From positions 96,001-160,000 of the forward strand of contig CAXWPJ010000004.1 of assembly GCA_963664115.2 (NCBI GenBank): a stretch of 64,000 bases of DNA, given 5' to 3'. The position numbers and the translations under genes are program-made. This document shows positions 59,364-64,000 of this stretch, one piece after another. The notes under the pieces were generated by a model that saw nothing but the letters and a program-made list of their open reading frames with translations, had not been told where the DNA came from and did no database searches. This stretch comes from Terriglobia bacterium (GTDB lineage: Bacteria > Acidobacteriota > Terriglobia > 20CM-2-55-15). The number at the start of each line of letters is the position of its first letter. Position 1 is the first letter of the stretch.

Positions 59364-62300
59364 CTAGTCACCGGAAACCGGAGATTCCAGCGCCGCTTCC
59401 GGTGACAAGTGACTCCGGAAACCGAAGAGGCCTCTAAAATCTTCCAGGATCAGGTAGAGGGACGGTACCAGAAGCAGCGTGATTACGGTGGCAAACAGGA
59501 CGCCCGATGCCATCGCCACAGCCATCGGGATCATGAACTGGGCCTGAAGACTGGTTTCAAGCATCAAGGGCGTGACACCGGCGGTTGTTGTCAATGAAGT
59601 CAGCAGAATCGGCCGGAATCGAGCCGCGCCCGCCTCACGCACTGCGTCCTTCAAAGACCCATGCTTACTCACCTGGCGATTGATGAAATGAACCAGGACG
59701 AGACTGTCGTTAACGACCACACCAGCGACGGCGACCATCCCCAGCATCGACATGAAGTTCAGCGTAAAACCGAGGACGACATGGCCGATCACGGCACCGA
59801 TCAGGCCGAACGGAATCGCAGACATTACAATCAAAGGCTGCACGTAAGACTTAAACGGAATAGCCATCAACGCAAAGATCACGAAGAGCGCAACTAGAAA
59901 TCCACGGGTCAGGCCATCGACAAACTCACCCTCCGCCTGCTGCTCGCCTTCAAGGGAATAGGTCACCTGTGGATGATCCTCCAGAATTTCGGGCATGTGG
60001 TTGACCGAAAAATCGAAGAGGATCGTGTTGGCATTGCCCACTTCCTCGTCCACGCCGGCCGTCACGTTGATTGCCCGCTGTCGATCCACGCGCCGGATGC
60101 TGGAGAACCCGCGCCCGATCTCCGCATTCGCAACCGTAGCAAAGGGCACCTGTCCACCGTCCGGTGTTCGTATCCTCATATGTTCCAGATCGCCGATGGA
60201 CTCACGCTCTTCGGCCGGATAGCGGACCATGACGCGGACATCGTCCCGGCCCCGCTGAATCCGCTGGGCTTCTTCGCCAAAAAAACCCTGGCGAACCTGC
60301 CGGCCCAGATCCTGGAGAGACAAGCCGAGAGATTCCGCACTGGGTTGAATGGTCAATTCGATTTCCGGTTTGCCGCCGCGAAAAGAGTCCGTGATGTCGA
60401 TCACACCCGGATATTCCGCCAACCGGGCTCTGACTTCAGCCGCCACCCGGCGCAGTTCATCGACATCCGGTCCGGCCAACTGGACATCAATGGGCTTCCC
60501 CGCACCGGTCATCAAGTCCGTGTTGTAAGCCAGTTCCACGACGCCGGGAATCGGCGCGACTCGCTCTCGAAGACGGCTGCCAATCTGAGCACTGGAGAGG
60601 GGACGGATATCTCCCGTTATGAGCTCGATGTTGAGTTCCCCAAGGTAGGCCTGCGACCGTGCCACACCACCCCCCATCGGATTCTGGGCCGCCGACGGAC
60701 GCTCTCCTACGCTCGAGAGCACGTGCCGGAAAAGCGGATAACCGTATTCAGTCTCCAGGTCCGCTCCTAACTCGAGCGCCGCTCGCTCGATATTTTCTAT
60801 CGCCCGGGCTGTGACTTCGGCGGGAGTTTCCTCCGGCATCGTCAGCGCCACGATGACGTTGTCGGAATCCATGTCGGGCATGAAGACGTAATCGATCTTG
60901 CCGCCAAAGATCAACCCAAGGGTCAGGACCAGCGCGGCCACAGCTATCGATGCGGTCAGGTAGCGCCACTCGATCGCCTGCCCCAGAACGGGGGTATAAA
61001 TCACGCGAACGAACCACTCCAACATATGAGTAAAGCCGTCGAAGAAACCATTCCACGCCCGCGCGAGCAGGTTCCGTTTCTTATCGCGGGGTTTCGGTCC
61101 CTGATGTGAGAGATGGTAGGGCAGTACGAGTTGGGATTCGACGAGTGAAAACAGCAGGACCGGAATGACGATCAAGGGAATGGCCCGTGTAAAATTGCCC
61201 ATCATGCCGGAAACCATCATGAATGGAGAAAAAGCTGCAATTGTCGTCAGAACTCCGAATATGACAGGAATCGCCACCTCCTGGGTTCCAACGATTGCAC
61301 CTTTCAAGCCCTCCCCGTATTCGTCCTGACGGTAGTGGATCCGCTCGGCGATGATAATGGCGTCGTCGACGACGATTCCCAAAACCAGGATGAACGAAAA
61401 CAAGGTCATCATGTTGATCGTCATGCCCGTGAACTGCATCGTCGACACCGCGCCGAGAAACGCAACAGGAATACCGATCGCCACCCAGATTGCCAACCGC
61501 AAACGCAGGAAAAGCGCCAATACGACGAAAACGAGCAAAAGTCCTGTAAAGCCGTTGCGCAGGAGCATGTTGGTGCGGTCTTCCAGCATCTCGGAGGTGT
61601 CCTCCCAGGTCGCGATTGAAACGCCCGGAGGCAGGACATTACTCACCTCTTGAACATAGTCACGAACGGTCCGAGACACATCCGGAGCGTTTTCATCCCC
61701 CACACGAAACACCTGGACCATGACCGCAGGTTGGCCGTCGAACCTCGACCACTGGTCCGTCTCTTCAAAGCCATCGATCACCGTCGCCACGTCGCCCAGT
61801 CTCAGGCGGCTGCCATCTGGCCGTGCCAGCAGCGAGAGGTCTTCATATTCTTCGCCAATGTAGGCTTGTCCTTCAGTGCGCAGAAGGATTTCTCCGGTAT
61901 CGGAGTTGACCGAACCTCCGGGGAGATCTATTGACGACCGCCGGACCGCCTGCGCGACATCGTCGAAGGTCAAGCCATAGCGTCTTAGGGCGTCCTCGGA
62001 CACCTCGATCGCGATCTCGTAAGGTCGAATGCTTTTCAGGTCGGCTTGACTGATGCCGTCCAGCGCCAGAAGTTCATCCCGAACCCGTTCGCCGAGAAGT
62101 CTGAGGTTCAGTTCACCCGTGTCCCCGTATACTGAGACGTTGATCACCTGCCTCCGGATCAACACCTCTTGAACAATGGGCTCTTCGGTCTCCAGCGGGA
62201 ACGTAGAGATCGCGTCAACCCGGGCCTTGACGTCATCGAGGACTTCTCGGGTGTCGTAGCCGGTCTCAACCTCAACCATCAGGGACGCGGAGCCTTCGGA

Positions 62301-62555
62301 AGACGTCGACGTAATCCGTTTCACCCCTTCCAGGCCCTGGATCGATTCCTCGAGTCGAACTGAAACCGCTTCCTCGACCTCTTCAGGTGCCGCCCCCCGA
62401 TAGGGCACCGAAACCGAGATCATTTGGGCTTCAAACTCCGGAAAAACTTCCTGATTAACGGAGAAAATTCCCATCACACCCAGAATGATGATGATGAACA
62501 TCAGAAGGTTGGCGACGACACCGTTATTTGCAAACCACGCGATCAGCGATTTCAT
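59364..62555 (-). CDS. RND efflux transporter permease (AcrB/AcrD/AcrF family)
   Basis: 1063 aa; GIVVDDAI, RFRPILLTS.TT, two large periplasmic loops. Confidence 0.95.
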   Translation of the reverse strand: MKSLIAWFANNGVVANLLMFIIIILGVMGIFSVNQEVFPEFEAQMISVSVPYRGAAPEEVEEAVSVRLEESIQGLEGVKRITSTSSEGSASLMVEVETGYDTREVLDDVKARVDAISTFPLETEEPIVQEVLIRRQVINVSVYGDTGELNLRLLGERVRDELLALDGISQADLKSIRPYEIAIEVSEDALRRYGLTFDDVAQAVRRSSIDLPGGSVNSDTGEILLRTEGQAYIGEEYEDLSLLARPDGSRLRLGDVATVIDGFEETDQWSRFDGQPAVMVQVFRVGDENAPDVSRTVRDYVQEVSNVLPPGVSIATWEDTSEMLEDRTNMLLRNGFTGLLLVFVVLALFLRLRLAIWVAIGIPVAFLGAVSTMQFTGMTINMMTLFSFILVLGIVVDDAIIIAERIHYRQDEYGEGLKGAIVGTQEVAIPVIFGVLTTIAAFSPFMMVSGMMGNFTRAIPLIVIPVLLFSLVESQLVLPYHLSHQGPKPRDKKRNLLARAWNGFFDGFTHMLEWFVRVIYTPVLGQAIEWRYLTASIAVAALVLTLGLIFGGKIDYVFMPDMDSDNVIVALTMPEETPAEVTARAIENIERAALELGADLETEYGYPLFRHVLSSVGERPSAAQNPMGGGVARSQAYLGELNIELITGDIRPLSSAQIGSRLRERVAPIPGVVELAYNTDLMTGAGKPIDVQLAGPDVDELRRVAAEVRARLAEYPGVIDITDSFRGGKPEIELTIQPSAESLGLSLQDLGRQVRQGFFGEEAQRIQRGRDDVRVMVRYPAEERESIGDLEHMRIRTPDGGQVPFATVANAEIGRGFSSIRRVDRQRAINVTAGVDEEVGNANTILFDFSVNHMPEILEDHPQVTYSLEGEQQAEGEFVDGLTRGFLVALFVIFALMAIPFKSYVQPLIVMSAIPFGLIGAVIGHVVLGFTLNFMSMLGMVAVAGVVVNDSLVLVHFINRQVSKHGSLKDAVREAGAARFRPILLTSLTTTAGVTPLMLETSLQAQFMIPMAVAMASGVLFATVITLLLVPSLYLILEDFRGLFGFRSHLSPEAALESPVSGD

Positions 62556-62558
62556 CGA

Positions 62559-63791
62559 CTACTCCTCTATCGAACCCATGACCGCGGTTCCCTTCTCTCC
62601 GACCGTTTCCTCGGCAGGCAAGCCTTCGATCACACGGACACGCATTCCGTTGACCGCGTTCTCCAGGGGAGACACCACGATGTGATCGCCATCGGTCAGG
62701 CCGGATCGCACCAGAACCCGGTCCCGCTCCAAACGGAAGATCTCCACCTGTTGAAAACGCAACACACCGGCTTCGTCTACAGTCAGAACCTGATCTGCCC
62801 CCCGCAGAACCGATCGCGGAAGAATGGCTACACGTCCGGAAGGTCGTCCCAGAATCTCGGCCTCCACAAACATACCGAGCGCGAGCGGTGGACGGAGGCG
62901 CTCTTCGCTTCGGGCATAGGGATCTTCAACACGGGCAATCGCGTGCACCATGCGCGTGCGCGGATCGATCTCTCCTTCAGTGCGCACGATCCGTCCCCGC
63001 CACTCGTGTTCCTGGCCGGCAAATCGAGCCCGTAGGATGACTTCGGGTCCAGCGACTGACTCGGATCCATTCTCGCCACGATAGGCGAGGGGCAAATCGA
63101 CGAACTGCAGTTCGCTGTCCGGAATCGGGAGCCGGATTTCCGCTGCGTCGACTGAGTAGAGCGTGGCTACGGAAATTCCGCGTTGAACGAACTGCCCCAC
63201 GTCGACGCGCTTGGAACGGACGCGTCCGGCATACGGAGCACGCACGATCGTCCGTTCCAGGTCGTACTCCGCCTGTTGAAGGGCAGCCTCGGCGGAAGCC
63301 AGAGCAGCCTCGGCCTCCGCGATTTGCGGTTCACGCATTGCCAACGGCGTTGGCCGACCCGCACCCAGCAACTCCCATTCTCCCATCGCAACCACCGCTT
63401 CCTGACGCTCGGTTTCCAAGCGCAACGCCGCCTGGGCGATCGCCGATCGAGAACGCGTCACGGCGAATTCGTACTCGCGGGAATCGAGTCGGAGTAATAC
63501 GTCTCCTTCTTCGAAGAATCCGCCCACTGCCAATGACGAAGATATTTCCATTACACGCCCAAACACCTCGGGAACGAACTCGGTCTCCGTCCGCGGAGCC
63601 ACCGTGCCTTCAGCTCTCACTCGCAACCTCACGTTGGAATAGGACACCTCCATCGTCTCGACTAGGGGAAGCGATACTTCAACGACGCGTGTTTCGGGAA
63701 TCGGCCGGTTCTGAATCATCGTCCAGCCCGCATATCCGGCGCCGGCGACCACCGCCATCGGCAACACAATTCTGAGTAATCGTTTAATCAA
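62559..63791 (-). CDS. RND efflux periplasmic adaptor (MFP)
   Basis: N-terminal TM, lipoyl halves (G..F..GD.L; I.APY.G.V), coiled coil, GMFV, V.SGL..G. Confidence 0.92.
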   Translation of the reverse strand: MIKRLLRIVLPMAVVAGAGYAGWTMIQNRPIPETRVVEVSLPLVETMEVSYSNVRLRVRAEGTVAPRTETEFVPEVFGRVMEISSSLAVGGFFEEGDVLLRLDSREYEFAVTRSRSAIAQAALRLETERQEAVVAMGEWELLGAGRPTPLAMREPQIAEAEAALASAEAALQQAEYDLERTIVRAPYAGRVRSKRVDVGQFVQRGISVATLYSVDAAEIRLPIPDSELQFVDLPLAYRGENGSESVAGPEVILRARFAGQEHEWRGRIVRTEGEIDPRTRMVHAIARVEDPYARSEERLRPPLALGMFVEAEILGRPSGRVAILPRSVLRGADQVLTVDEAGVLRFQQVEIFRLERDRVLVRSGLTDGDHIVVSPLENAVNGMRVRVIEGLPAEETVGEKGTAVMGSIEE

Positions 63792-64000
63792 TCGGATTCA
63801 CCTTCGAATTTGGCCACGGCCATCACGTCCAAAGCTGAGGGAACATCTCCGCTGTCGAAGCCTCCGCCCAGCGCCAGATGAAGATCGACTCGATTGTCGA
63901 GACGCGCACGCCGCAGCGCCAGCAGCTGGCTTTCAGAGTTGTAGGCCGTGCGTTGTGCGGAAAGCACCGTGATTATGTCCGTCAGCCCCAGGCGATAACG
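63788..64000 (-). CDS. Outer-membrane efflux factor (TolC/OprM family), C-terminal part (5' end outside the window)
   Basis: Manual translation RYRLGLTDIITVLSAQRTAY...NRVDLHLALGGGF...; stop codon overlaps the MFP start. Confidence 0.85.
   Translation of the reverse strand, partial: RYRLGLTDIITVLSAQRTAYNSESQLLALRRARLDNRVDLHLALGGGFDSGDVPSALDVMAVAKFEGESD

Noticed and set aside
368-63775. Many long antisense or alternative-frame ORFs in the track (e.g. 13193-14206, 20699-21526, 28331-29281, 29883-30938, 57070-57993)
   Set aside because: They overlap well-supported genes, are Arg/Pro-rich and lack motifs; expected shadows in GC-rich DNA
1-64000. CRISPR array, rRNA or tRNA genes
   Set aside because: No regularly spaced direct repeats with unique spacers, no cas genes, and no cloverleaf or rRNA motifs recognised by eye

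Overview
64 kb of ~59% GC bacterial chromosome. The gene content (many secreted DUF6152 proteins and their partners, a CadC-like wHTH regulator, a PufC-like di-heme cytochrome) resembles Acidobacteriota; this is an inference, as no marker gene is present. Recognisable housekeeping loci are miaE, bioBFDA, terC/alx under a yybP-ykoY Mn2+ riboswitch, an RND efflux operon, an MsbA-type ABC exporter and a DUF4212/sodium:solute symporter pair. One intact IS256 has inverted repeats and a 9-bp target duplication. I found no rRNA, tRNA or CRISPR array. Three candidate undescribed systems stand out. (1) An expanded secreted two-gene module: DUF6152 with a mature N-terminal His-His plus an NPH motif, and a Cys-bearing partner (4 and 6 copies, including a recent 1155-bp tandem duplication), possibly a His-brace metal or copper system. 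(2) A selenoneine-synthase (SenA/EgtB)-like gene divergent from a 'putative selenate' PhnCDE-type ABC importer, with no senB or selD in the window. (3) A membrane-anchored wHTH regulator facing a CDP-alcohol phosphatidyltransferase, GtrA, START-like and OM beta-barrel cassette that carries an in-frame amber stop. Several REP/MITE-like inverted repeats and several frameshifted genes also occur. Family calls come from motif recognition by eye; no searches were run.
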